From an uncultured Thermus sp. (GTDB lineage: Bacteria; Deinococcota; Deinococci; Deinococcales; Thermaceae), in NCBI GenBank assembly GCA_947085095.1, contig CAMTVD010000035.1:1-64000 (forward strand): a stretch of DNA of 64,000 nucleotides. The letters run 5' to 3'. Shown piece after piece: positions 22,117 to 30,220 of this stretch. How positions within the stretch are numbered: position 1 is the first letter of the stretch; the number at the start of each line of letters is the position of its first letter. The translations under genes and the position numbers were made by a program. Below the pieces are notes generated by a model that was given only the letters and a program-made list of their open reading frames with translations, ran no database searches and was not told the DNA's origin.

Positions 22117-22229
22117 AGGGTGCCACAAGGGTGGTTACGCAAAGGGCCAAGGGTTACGCGAGGTTACGCGGGAAGTTGGCCGTGGAACCCCTTCCACGTA
22201 ACCTCGCGTAACCTACCCCCTGCTACCCT
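22117..22229. promoter_or_regulatory. Divergent promoter pair with five GTAACC/GGTTAC boxes
   Basis: GGTTAC at 22133, 22152, 22162; GTAACC at 22198, 22208; GCGTAACC-N10-YACCCT on both strands. Confidence 0.7.
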
Positions 22230-22257
22230 GGGGCTAACCCGGAAGGGGGTGAAGGGG

Positions 22258-23214
22258 ATGATCAAGGAAGTACAGGAAGTCAAGGTCGGCGGCCGGACGC
22301 GGCGGGTGCACGTGCGGCCCTTCGCCTGGGGTTTGCAGAATCCTTCTCACATGGAGTGGACTCCTGAAGGGAGGCTTTTGGTTTCTGAGCACACCGCGGG
22401 TACCATTCGCGACATTACGGAGGGGGGCGATGCTTCGGAGTCCAAGCCTTTGGCTTTTAATCTTCGAGGTCCTGCTGCTATTCGCCCTACCGAGGAGGGA
22501 AAGATCCTTGTCGCAGAAACTTGGGGAGGGGCCATCACAGATATCGCGGATGGAGGTGACGCGACGAAGCTGCCTAAAATAGCTGTCAATCTAAAGGGTC
22601 CCTACACTATAGCCGTTCTGAAAACGAAAAAAGGAGAAACGCTCTTCTTTAGCGAGAATCACTCTAGATTCATGACACAGATCACCCGTCTGAATCTTGA
22701 CCGCTACATTGAGCCCGAAGCCTTCATCACAGACATACCCGCCCGACATGGAGAGCCTGGTTTGACCCCGCCGCAGTCCTGGCCTGAAGAATGGGAAAAG
22801 TACGCAGCGGCCGGATGCGTGAAAAATTGGGTTGACGATGGCTCTGGACAAATCTTCCACCTTGCTGTGGGAAGCTTAGGCCAGATCTTCCGCATAGATC
22901 CAGACGAGATGCCGGAGCAAATGACCTACTCTGAGTTGGTTGCCTATCCAGGTGCCTTGGTGGCCTGGGGGCTTCATCGCCTGGGGGGGATGCGTCTTCA
23001 TCCCCCCTCCGGACTACTCTTTGCCGTTCAACCTGAAATGGGGGAAGTCATAGCGGTAGATACTGCCAAAGAAGGCAATTATCACTTCCAGCCCCCCATC
23101 GTAAGGGGATTAAGAATGCCTACTTGCGTAAGGTTCTCCCTGGACTTTGACAAGATGTACGTTTGCTCATCTGCTGATGGTGTGGTCTGGCAAGTGGAGG
23201 GCTTTCTGGATTAG
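22258..23214 (+). CDS. Beta-propeller (NHL-like repeat) protein, cytoplasmic
   Basis: About 43-aa blade repeats (GLQNP..EGRLLVSE..G.I.DI..GGDA / NLRGP..EGKILVAE..G.I.DI..GGDA); lower GC; G-rich RBS before ATG 22258. Confidence 0.75.
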   Translation: MIKEVQEVKVGGRTRRVHVRPFAWGLQNPSHMEWTPEGRLLVSEHTAGTIRDITEGGDASESKPLAFNLRGPAAIRPTEEGKILVAETWGGAITDIADGGDATKLPKIAVNLKGPYTIAVLKTKKGETLFFSENHSRFMTQITRLNLDRYIEPEAFITDIPARHGEPGLTPPQSWPEEWEKYAAAGCVKNWVDDGSGQIFHLAVGSLGQIFRIDPDEMPEQMTYSELVAYPGALVAWGLHRLGGMRLHPPSGLLFAVQPEMGEVIAVDTAKEGNYHFQPPIVRGLRMPTCVRFSLDFDKMYVCSSADGVVWQVEGFLD

Positions 23215-23220
23215 CTTATT

Positions 23221-24357
23221 GTGTTCCTACTCACCGCTATCTTGTTTTTAGTCAGCTTTGCTGGGGGGGCGGTAGGTACCGCAGCCGCCCTTTATCTCGC
23301 CCGTCTGGATAACCCCCTGTACCTGGGCTTGCAGCATGCCATCGGCTGGGGAGTTTCCGTCTTGGCCCTTCTCACGGGGTACCTCCTAGACCGGATAGAT
23401 CGCAAAAAGGCTCTTGTCTTCGGGCTCCTCTCCGAGAGTTTGCTGCGCTTCCTCTTGGGGATAAGCCTCGGCTTTCTTGGCCCTTGGGCTTTCCTTGGCC
23501 TCTATCTGGCAGGCAGCGTCCTCGGGCTCTTCCTGGAGGTCCGGGTTCTCGTTCCTAGGGTCGTGCCAGAGGAGCGGGAGAAGGCCCACGGGCGCCTTTC
23601 CACAGCAAGCCTCCTGGCCGATCTTTTCGGCGCCCCCTTGGGCGCGTTCCTCTTCGTCCAGCACCCCTCCTGGCCCTTCTTCCTGGGGGGCGCGCTAGGC
23701 CTCCTTGCTCTTCCCTTTGCGGGGAGGCTCCCTCCCATACCGCCCCTTGGAAAGGCCTCGCCGGGAGTGCTGGCTGGCCTCAGGTGGCTGTATGAGGAAG
23801 CCTTTTTCCGCTGGCTGGCCGGACTGGTCATGGGAGCCAGCTTCCTCCGGGTCATGCCCTTTGCCCTCCTTCCCCTTTGGTCCATCCAGGCTGGGTACGG
23901 GCCTGTAGGGTATGGGCTCCTCAGCGCCGCCTTCTCCGTGGGCGGGGCGGTAGCAGGGCTTCTTACTGCGCAGCTTAAGGGAAGGAAGCCGCAAAGGGTG
24001 CTCACCTTCCTTTTTCTCTTGGACGCCGTGGCCATCCTGGGCCTGCTCTTCAAGCCCCCCCTACCCCTGGGCCTTCTCCTCGTGGCCATCCTGGGCATGA
24101 GCGCTATCCTCCTGGCGGTCCAGGAAGTGGTGCTGAGGCAGGCCATGGCACCGGATGCCCTGCTGGGCCGAGTAGGTGGTGGGATGAGATTCCTTACCGG
24201 TATGGCCGGACTTTGGGGAGCCCTTCTGGCAGGGGCAGCGGGGAGAGGGGTGGGCCTAGAGGGGGTCTATCTGGGAGCAGGACTTGGGTTTCTCCTCCTG
24301 GCACTGGCCGCCTGGACCCTCCTCGGCCGGAGGGCAGCATATGGATCCCTGAAGTGA
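23221..24357 (+). CDS. MFS transporter 1 of tandem array
   Basis: GYLLDRIDRK motif A, RQAMAPDALLGRV, hydrophobic helices. Confidence 0.82.
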   Translation: MFLLTAILFLVSFAGGAVGTAAALYLARLDNPLYLGLQHAIGWGVSVLALLTGYLLDRIDRKKALVFGLLSESLLRFLLGISLGFLGPWAFLGLYLAGSVLGLFLEVRVLVPRVVPEEREKAHGRLSTASLLADLFGAPLGAFLFVQHPSWPFFLGGALGLLALPFAGRLPPIPPLGKASPGVLAGLRWLYEEAFFRWLAGLVMGASFLRVMPFALLPLWSIQAGYGPVGYGLLSAAFSVGGAVAGLLTAQLKGRKPQRVLTFLFLLDAVAILGLLFKPPLPLGLLLVAILGMSAILLAVQEVVLRQAMAPDALLGRVGGGMRFLTGMAGLWGALLAGAAGRGVGLEGVYLGAGLGFLLLALAAWTLLGRRAAYGSLK

Positions 24358-25490
24358 GAGGGGGTGGGGAAGGTGGTCTGCACTTGAGACGGTTCCTCTT
24401 TGCCGAAGCTCTGAGAATCCTAGGGGAAGGCCTCTTCGCCCTTCCCCTCTTCGTCCTCTTCGCCCTCTCCGGAGGCCCCGCTTGGCAAGCCACCCTCCCC
24501 TTTGCCCTCCAGCGGATCGCCGGGCTCCTCGCCCTCCCCTTGGGGGTCTTGGCGGACAGGATCCCTAGGCGGGAGCTTTTGGCCGCTGCACTTACCCTTA
24601 AGGCGCTTATTGCCCTAGGTTTGCTCCTGAAAACCCCGATCTTGCTCGCCCTCTGCGGAGCCCTCTTCTTTACCCTTTCCACCCTGACGGGACTCACGGC
24701 CTCGGCCTACCTGGCGGACCTAGTGGGGCGGGAGGGTTTGGAAAGGGCCCGGGGCAGGGTAGGGGCAACCCACATCGCAGTGGACACACTGAAGGATCCC
24801 TTTGCGGGCCTCCTCCTTCTGGCCGAGGGCCTCCTCCTCCGCGGCCTCCCCGCCTACCCACCGCCCCAGGAGGCCAGGCGGGAGGGGATGGGCCTCAGGG
24901 CCCTTTTGGCCGGGGTGGGCTTTCTCTTGGCCGATGCCAGGCTCCTCCCCCTCACCCTTTACGCCCTGGCCCTGGGCTTCTTCTCCATCCTGGGCCTGGC
25001 CCTCCTCCCCCTGTTGGCCCTGGGAGGAGGCGTCCCGCCCGCGCTCTACGGGCTATACCCCTTGGGCCTCTCCTTCGGGGGCTTCCTGGGGAGCCTCCTT
25101 GCGGGGAGCGTGGGCCCTGGCCTTGGCATCTGGGGCGGACACGGCCTCAAGCTCCTGGGGCTTTGCGCCCTCTTCCTCCCCTTTCCCCTAGGCCTCCTGG
25201 GCCCCCTTTTGGTGGGGGCCGGGGGGGCCTTGGGCGGGGTCCACCTGCGGGCCTTTCGGCAGCGGCTTGCACCGGAGGCCCTCCTGGGCCGGGTGCAGGC
25301 GGGGGCCATCGCCCTGTTTTCGGCGGGGAACCTCTTAGGGGCCCTCCTCGCCGGGGTCCTGGGTGGGCTTGGGGCCCGGCTGCCCCTGGGCCTGGCCATC
25401 CTGGGCCTGGGGCTCCTCTTCCTTCTGGCCCTGGGACCCCTACACCCTTGGCGGCTGGAAGCCTTGCGGCGGGAAGGAGAGCGGCCATGA
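24354..25490 (+). CDS. MFS transporter 2 of tandem array (possible internal deletion)
   Basis: GVLADRIPRR, RQRLAPEALLGRV; GTGA overlap start (alternative TTG 24384). Confidence 0.75.
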   Translation: MRGGGEGGLHLRRFLFAEALRILGEGLFALPLFVLFALSGGPAWQATLPFALQRIAGLLALPLGVLADRIPRRELLAAALTLKALIALGLLLKTPILLALCGALFFTLSTLTGLTASAYLADLVGREGLERARGRVGATHIAVDTLKDPFAGLLLLAEGLLLRGLPAYPPPQEARREGMGLRALLAGVGFLLADARLLPLTLYALALGFFSILGLALLPLLALGGGVPPALYGLYPLGLSFGGFLGSLLAGSVGPGLGIWGGHGLKLLGLCALFLPFPLGLLGPLLVGAGGALGGVHLRAFRQRLAPEALLGRVQAGAIALFSAGNLLGALLAGVLGGLGARLPLGLAILGLGLLFLLALGPLHPWRLEALRREGERP

Positions 25491-26632
25491 GGTCCGGTCA
25501 GGCCTTTCTAGCGGAGGCCCTGAGCGACCTCGGGGCCTCTATAGGCTTCAGCGCCCTCGCCCTGGAGGTAGCCCGCGCGGGGGAGGCTTTCTGGGTGGGC
25601 TTCTTTGCCGCCTTGGGCTACCTCACCCTGGGACCCCTTCTCCTCCTCAGCCCTTGGGTAGAGCGGCGGGGGGTGGCCCGGGCCCTCCTGGAGTTGCGCC
25701 TGGCCCGGGGCCTCCTCTTCCTCCCCCTCCCCCTCCTGCCGCGGGAGCCCGGCCTTTTGGTCCTCTACGCCTATCCCCTCATGGTCCTCACCGACCTGGC
25801 CATCGTGGCCTGGGAGGGCCTCCTGGTGCGGAGGGACCGGGGCAGGCTGGCGGAGCGGAGCGGCAAGCTCTACGCCGCCTGGGAGGTGGGAGGCCTGGTG
25901 GGGGTGGCCCTTGGTCCCATCCTCTTCGGCCTTCACCCCGCCCTCCCTTACCTCATTTCCGCCGGCATCCTCCTCCTGGCCTGGGCTTTTCTCCGCCCCG
26001 CCCTCATGGGGGAAGCTGAGGAGAAAAAAGCAAAAGCGAAGCCTGAGGGCCTGGGCCGGGCTCTTCGCCGCCTCCTGGCCCACACCCCCCTCAGACCCTA
26101 CCTCCTCATCTCGCTCCTCTTCACCCTGGCCCATGCCCTCACCACCGCCCTGCTGGGTCTTTTGGTCCTCCGGGCGGGCACTCCGGAAGCCCTTTTCGGC
26201 CTGGCCTTCGCCTTACAGAGCCTGGGCTACACCCTGGGAAGCTACGTTGCCGGGCGGGTCCCACCGGCCCTGGCCTTCAGGCTGGGCCCATTAGGGGCAG
26301 CCCTCGGGGGGATGGGCTTTCTCCTGCCCTTTCCTCTTCTCCTCGCTGCCCCTCCCCTCTTAGGCCTGGCCGTGGCCCTCCTCGGCACCCATCTGCGGGC
26401 GGTGCGGGGCTGGCTCCTGCCCAGGGAGGGCCTAGCCCCAAGCCTCGCCGCCATCCGGGCCCTCCTCTACGGGGCCGGGGCCCTGGGGGGCCTGGGGGCA
26501 GGGGTACTTGGCAGGGAGAGTCCAGCCCTACCTCTCCTCCTAGGAGCCGCGGGATTCCTGGCCCTTCTCTCTTTTGCCTTAGGGCCTCTCCACCCTAAGC
26601 GGCTGGAAGCCTTGAGGCAAAAGGCGGAGTGA
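25487..26632 (+). CDS. MFS transporter 3 of tandem array
   Basis: ATGA overlap; PWVERRG degenerate motif A; C-terminus similar to MFS 2. Confidence 0.75.
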   Translation: MRSGQAFLAEALSDLGASIGFSALALEVARAGEAFWVGFFAALGYLTLGPLLLLSPWVERRGVARALLELRLARGLLFLPLPLLPREPGLLVLYAYPLMVLTDLAIVAWEGLLVRRDRGRLAERSGKLYAAWEVGGLVGVALGPILFGLHPALPYLISAGILLLAWAFLRPALMGEAEEKKAKAKPEGLGRALRRLLAHTPLRPYLLISLLFTLAHALTTALLGLLVLRAGTPEALFGLAFALQSLGYTLGSYVAGRVPPALAFRLGPLGAALGGMGFLLPFPLLLAAPPLLGLAVALLGTHLRAVRGWLLPREGLAPSLAAIRALLYGAGALGGLGAGVLGRESPALPLLLGAAGFLALLSFALGPLHPKRLEALRQKAE

Positions 26633-26635
26633 AGC

Positions 26636-27772
26636 GTGAGAAGCATGCAACTAAACTTTCTCCTCGCCCTCGAGGCCCTCCGCCTCTTCGGGGCGGGGTT
26701 TTTCTACTTCACCCACGGGGCGCTGGCGGCCCTGGGGGCGGTAGGTCCCTTGGGGGCCAGCCTGGCCCTGACCCTCCGGTTCCTGGCGGAACCCCTGCTC
26801 GCCCTCCTCGCCGGGGCCTGGGCGGATCGGTGGCCTAGGCAGAGGCTTCTCGTGCTGGCAGCCCTGGGCCAGGGGGCCCTCAGCCTGGCCCTCCTCGCCC
26901 TCGGCACGAGCCTCCTCCCCCTCTACGCCCTGGGCTTCCTCTTCGGGGGGCTGGAGGTGGTGCGGATGGTGGCCGCGGGGGCCCTCTTCGCCGACCTCCT
27001 CCCCAAGGAGGCCCTGGTGCGGGCCCGGGGCCAGCTCAATGCCCTCTACACCCTGGCCGATGCCCTCTCCGACCTCCTGGCGGGCCTCCTCTTCACCCGA
27101 AGCGGGAGGCTTACCGCGGCCCTGGGGAGCGGCCTCCTCTTCCTGGCCGCCGGGCTCTACCGGGCGCTTCCTCTCCCCCAAGGGCCCACGGGGCGGCCCG
27201 AGGGGGGAAGCCTCCTCGGGGTCCGCTTCCTCTGGGAAAGCCCTCCCCTGAGGCGGCTCCTCCTGGCCGAAGGGGCCCTGGGCCTGGCCTTTGCCCTCTT
27301 TGCCGGCCTCCTTCCCTTCCTGGTCCTGCGGGGCCTGGGGGAGGCCCCCTGGGTCCTGGGCCTCCTGGGAACGGCCCTGAGCCTGGGGAGCGCCCTGGGG
27401 GGGCTTCTGGTGGGCGCGGCCCTGGCCCGGCTGGGGGAGGAAAGGGCCCTGGGGTCTGCCCTGCTCCTTTCCGCCCTGGGCCTCCTGGGGGCAGCCCTCC
27501 TTCCCCCCTGGCCCCTGCTCCTGGTCTTCTGCCTCCTTCTGGGCGGGGGAAGCGCCGCCTTCGCCGCCATCGCGGGCGCGGTGCGCCTGAGCCAGGCCCC
27601 CCCGGAGCTCCGGGGCCGGGTGGCGGGGGGCTTCCTCTTCCTCACCGGCCTCCTCACTCCCTTGGGGCCGGCGCTTGGAGGGCTGTTGGCTGAGATGTGG
27701 CTTCCCCTCCCCTTCCTCCTTTCGGGCCTCCTTCTGGCCACGGTCCCCTTTTTGGGCAAGGGGAGAACGTAA
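26636..27772 (+). CDS. MFS transporter 4 of tandem array
   Basis: GAWADRWPRQ, SQAPPELRGRV; alternative ATG 26645. Confidence 0.82.
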   Translation: MRSMQLNFLLALEALRLFGAGFFYFTHGALAALGAVGPLGASLALTLRFLAEPLLALLAGAWADRWPRQRLLVLAALGQGALSLALLALGTSLLPLYALGFLFGGLEVVRMVAAGALFADLLPKEALVRARGQLNALYTLADALSDLLAGLLFTRSGRLTAALGSGLLFLAAGLYRALPLPQGPTGRPEGGSLLGVRFLWESPPLRRLLLAEGALGLAFALFAGLLPFLVLRGLGEAPWVLGLLGTALSLGSALGGLLVGAALARLGEERALGSALLLSALGLLGAALLPPWPLLLVFCLLLGGGSAAFAAIAGAVRLSQAPPELRGRVAGGFLFLTGLLTPLGPALGGLLAEMWLPLPFLLSGLLLATVPFLGKGRT

Positions 27773-27782
27773 ACTCAGGGAG

Positions 27783-29159
27783 ATGGAAAAACTGGAAGCC
27801 CTGAAGCGCTTCTTTCCCGGCAAGGTGGACCTCTCGGAGAGCGAGCGCCTGCGCCACGGGAAGGACGAGGGTTACCCCCTGGCGAGGCCCGTCCTGGCCG
27901 TGGTCTACCCGGAGGGCGTGGAGGACGTGAGGAAGGCCCTTCTCTGGGCCAGGGAGCACGGGGTGGCGGTCATCCCCTTTGGCGCGGGGACCAGCCTCGA
28001 GGGCCACCTCTACCCCCTCAAGGAGGCCATCAGCCTGGACTTAAGCCGCATGAACCGCCTCCTGGAGGTAAGGCCAGAGGACTTCCTCTGCGTGGTGGAG
28101 CCCGGCCTCACCCGCAAAGCCCTGAACGAGGCCCTGAAGGGAACGGGGCTTTTCTTCCCCGTGGACCCGGGGGCGGACGCCTCCTTGGGGGGCATGGCCG
28201 CCACCAACGCCAGCGGCACCACCACGGTGCGCTACGGGGGGATGCGGCAAAATGTCCTCGCCCTTCAGGTGGTCCTGGCCAGCGGGGAGGTCCTGGAGCT
28301 GGGGAGGCCGGTGCGCAAGACCTCCGCGGGCTACGACCTCAAGGACCTCTTCATCGGCTCGGAGGGCACCTTGGGCGTCATCACCCGCCTCACCCTCCGC
28401 CTCCACCCCCTTCCCGAGCACGTCCACGCCCTGAGGGTCTTCTTCCCCGGGGTGAGGGAGGCGGTGGAGGCGAGCGTTAGGGTCATGGCCTCGGGCCTCC
28501 CCGTGGCCCGGCTGGAGCTTCTGGACGAGCTCGCCATGCGGGCCCTAAACCGCCACCTGGGGGTGGGCTTCCCCGAACGCCCGGCCCTCTTCCTGGAGTT
28601 CCACGCCTCCACGAAGGAGGCCCTGGAGGCGGAAAGCGTCCTGGCTATGGAGATCGTGCGGGAGTGCGGGGCCCTCGAGGTGGAAGCCGCCAGGACGGAA
28701 GAAGAGAGGAAGCGGCAGTGGGAGGCCCGGCACCAGGCCTACTGGGCCCTGGTCCACCTCTACCCCGGCCACCAGTTCGTGATCACCGACGTGGCCGTCC
28801 CCCTCGCCCGCCTCCCGGAGATGGTGGCCCACGCCCAAGGCCTCATGGCGGAGATGGGCCTAGCGGGCAACATCCTGGGCCACGTGGGGGACGGGAACTT
28901 CCACACCCTGATCCCCGTCCTCTCCGAGGCTTACCCCCGGGCGGAGGCCTTCGCGGAAAGGCTGGTGGAGAAGGCCCTGGAGCTTGGGGGCACCTGCACC
29001 GCGGAGCACGGGGTGGGCCTGAGGAAGAAGAAGTTCCTCCCCCAGGAGCACGGGGCCGCTCTGGAATGGATGCGAAAGATCAAGGCCCTCCTGGACCCCG
29101 AGGGGCTCCTGAACCCGGGCAAGGTGCTTGACATATCCCCTTCCCCCGGCTATAGTTGA
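27783..29159 (+). CDS. FAD-linked oxidase (GlcD/D-lactate dehydrogenase family)
   Basis: PFGAGTSLEG, GYDL...GSEGTLG, GHVGDGNFH, AEHGVG, DP..LLNPGK; TAAACT 7 nt before ATG. Confidence 0.88.
   Translation: MEKLEALKRFFPGKVDLSESERLRHGKDEGYPLARPVLAVVYPEGVEDVRKALLWAREHGVAVIPFGAGTSLEGHLYPLKEAISLDLSRMNRLLEVRPEDFLCVVEPGLTRKALNEALKGTGLFFPVDPGADASLGGMAATNASGTTTVRYGGMRQNVLALQVVLASGEVLELGRPVRKTSAGYDLKDLFIGSEGTLGVITRLTLRLHPLPEHVHALRVFFPGVREAVEASVRVMASGLPVARLELLDELAMRALNRHLGVGFPERPALFLEFHASTKEALEAESVLAMEIVRECGALEVEAARTEEERKRQWEARHQAYWALVHLYPGHQFVITDVAVPLARLPEMVAHAQGLMAEMGLAGNILGHVGDGNFHTLIPVLSEAYPRAEAFAERLVEKALELGGTCTAEHGVGLRKKKFLPQEHGAALEWMRKIKALLDPEGLLNPGKVLDISPSPGYS
29128..29156 (+). promoter_or_regulatory. 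Sigma-A promoter of tRNA-fMet
   Basis: TTGACA-17 bp-TATAGT directly upstream of the tRNA. Confidence 0.85.
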
Positions 29160-29168
29160 GGATGGCGA

Positions 29169-29245
<77 letters not shown>

Positions 29246-29252
29246 GAATCCT

Positions 29253-29282
29253 GCCCCCGGGCACCCTAGGCCCGGGGGCTTT
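29253..29282 (+). terminator. Terminator-like hairpin after tRNA-fMet
   Basis: GCCCCCGGGC-ACCCTAG-GCCCGGGGGC-TTT. Confidence 0.65.
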
Positions 29283-29298
29283 GCCGTACCCTGGGGGT

Positions 29299-29541
29299 AT
29301 GGACTGGGAGACCCTGGAAAACCCCAAGCGCCTGGCCAAGAGCTTCCGCTTCAAGGACTTCCGCGAGGCCCTGGCCTTCGCCCACCGGGTGGGGGAGCTT
29401 GCGGAAAGGGAAAACCACCACCCCCGCCTCACCGTGGAGTGGGGGCGGGTCACCGTGGAGTGGTGGACCCACTCCGCGGGGGGGATCACGGAGAAGGACC
29501 GGGAGATGGCCCGCCGCACGGACGCCCTTTATGTAGGCTAA
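29299..29541 (+). CDS. phhB: Pterin-4-alpha-carbinolamine dehydratase
   Basis: F.FKDF..A..F, AE..NHHP, WTHSAGGIT..D; TACCCT 6 nt before ATG. Confidence 0.88.
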   Translation: MDWETLENPKRLAKSFRFKDFREALAFAHRVGELAERENHHPRLTVEWGRVTVEWWTHSAGGITEKDREMARRTDALYVG

Positions 29542-29547
29542 AGAGGT

Positions 29548-29925
29548 ATGGAGGCGCGCACGCTGGAACTCGTCTTTCCCGAGCACACCAACCCCCTGGG
29601 GGCCGCCTTCGGGGGCTTTGTTCTGGGCCTCATGGACAAGGTGGGCTCCTACGCCGCCGCCCGCCGGGCCAGAAGACCCGTGGTCACCGTGGCCGTGGGG
29701 AGCGTGGAGTTCAAGGTGCCCATCCGCACCGGGGACCTCCTGGAGGTGGTGGCCCGGGTGGTGCGGGTGGGACGGACCTCCCTCACCGTGGAGGTGGAGG
29801 TCTACAAGGAGCGCTTCGGGGAGGAAAATGGCCGCGTTCTCGCCACCAAGGGCCTCCTCACCTACGTGGCGGTGAACGAGAAGGGGGAACCCATTCCGGT
29901 GGAAGCCCATGCGGGTACTGATTGA
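29548..29925 (+). CDS. Acyl-CoA thioesterase (hotdog fold)
   Basis: VFPEHTNPLG..FGG..L..MD, VGRTS..V.VEV. Confidence 0.88.
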   Translation: MEARTLELVFPEHTNPLGAAFGGFVLGLMDKVGSYAAARRARRPVVTVAVGSVEFKVPIRTGDLLEVVARVVRVGRTSLTVEVEVYKERFGEENGRVLATKGLLTYVAVNEKGEPIPVEAHAGTD

Positions 29926-30220
29926 CGTCCGTTGCCCCTACTGCCGGGCCCTGGGCAGGGGCCTAAAGGCCCTGGACCTGGGGAAGGCCCTGAAGGTGGA
30001 GCCCTTGCAGGAAGCCTCGGACCTCCCCCAGGAGGCCCTCCTGAGGGAGCTCCACGTCCTGGAAGGGGAAAAGGTCCACCGGGGCTACGGGGCTTTCCTG
30101 GCCCTGAGCCGGAGGCTTCCCCTTCTCTTTCCCCTCTACCCCCTCCTCCTCCTGGGCCGGGTGGGCGGCCTAGGGGAAAGGCTTTACGGCGCTTTTGCCC
30201 GGAGGCGGCCCCGTGCCTGA
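29909..30220 (+). CDS. DCC/DUF393 thiol-disulfide oxidoreductase-like protein
   Basis: DxxCxxC (DVRCPYC) and C-terminal LY..FARRR. Confidence 0.7.
   Translation: MRVLIDVRCPYCRALGRGLKALDLGKALKVEPLQEASDLPQEALLRELHVLEGEKVHRGYGAFLALSRRLPLLFPLYPLLLLGRVGGLGERLYGAFARRRPRA

Noticed and set aside
22131..22213. GGTTACGC repeats as a CRISPR mini-array or terminator
   Set aside because: The repeats are too short, occur in both orientations and have no spacers or cas genes. There is no U-tract, and the region lies between divergent starts.
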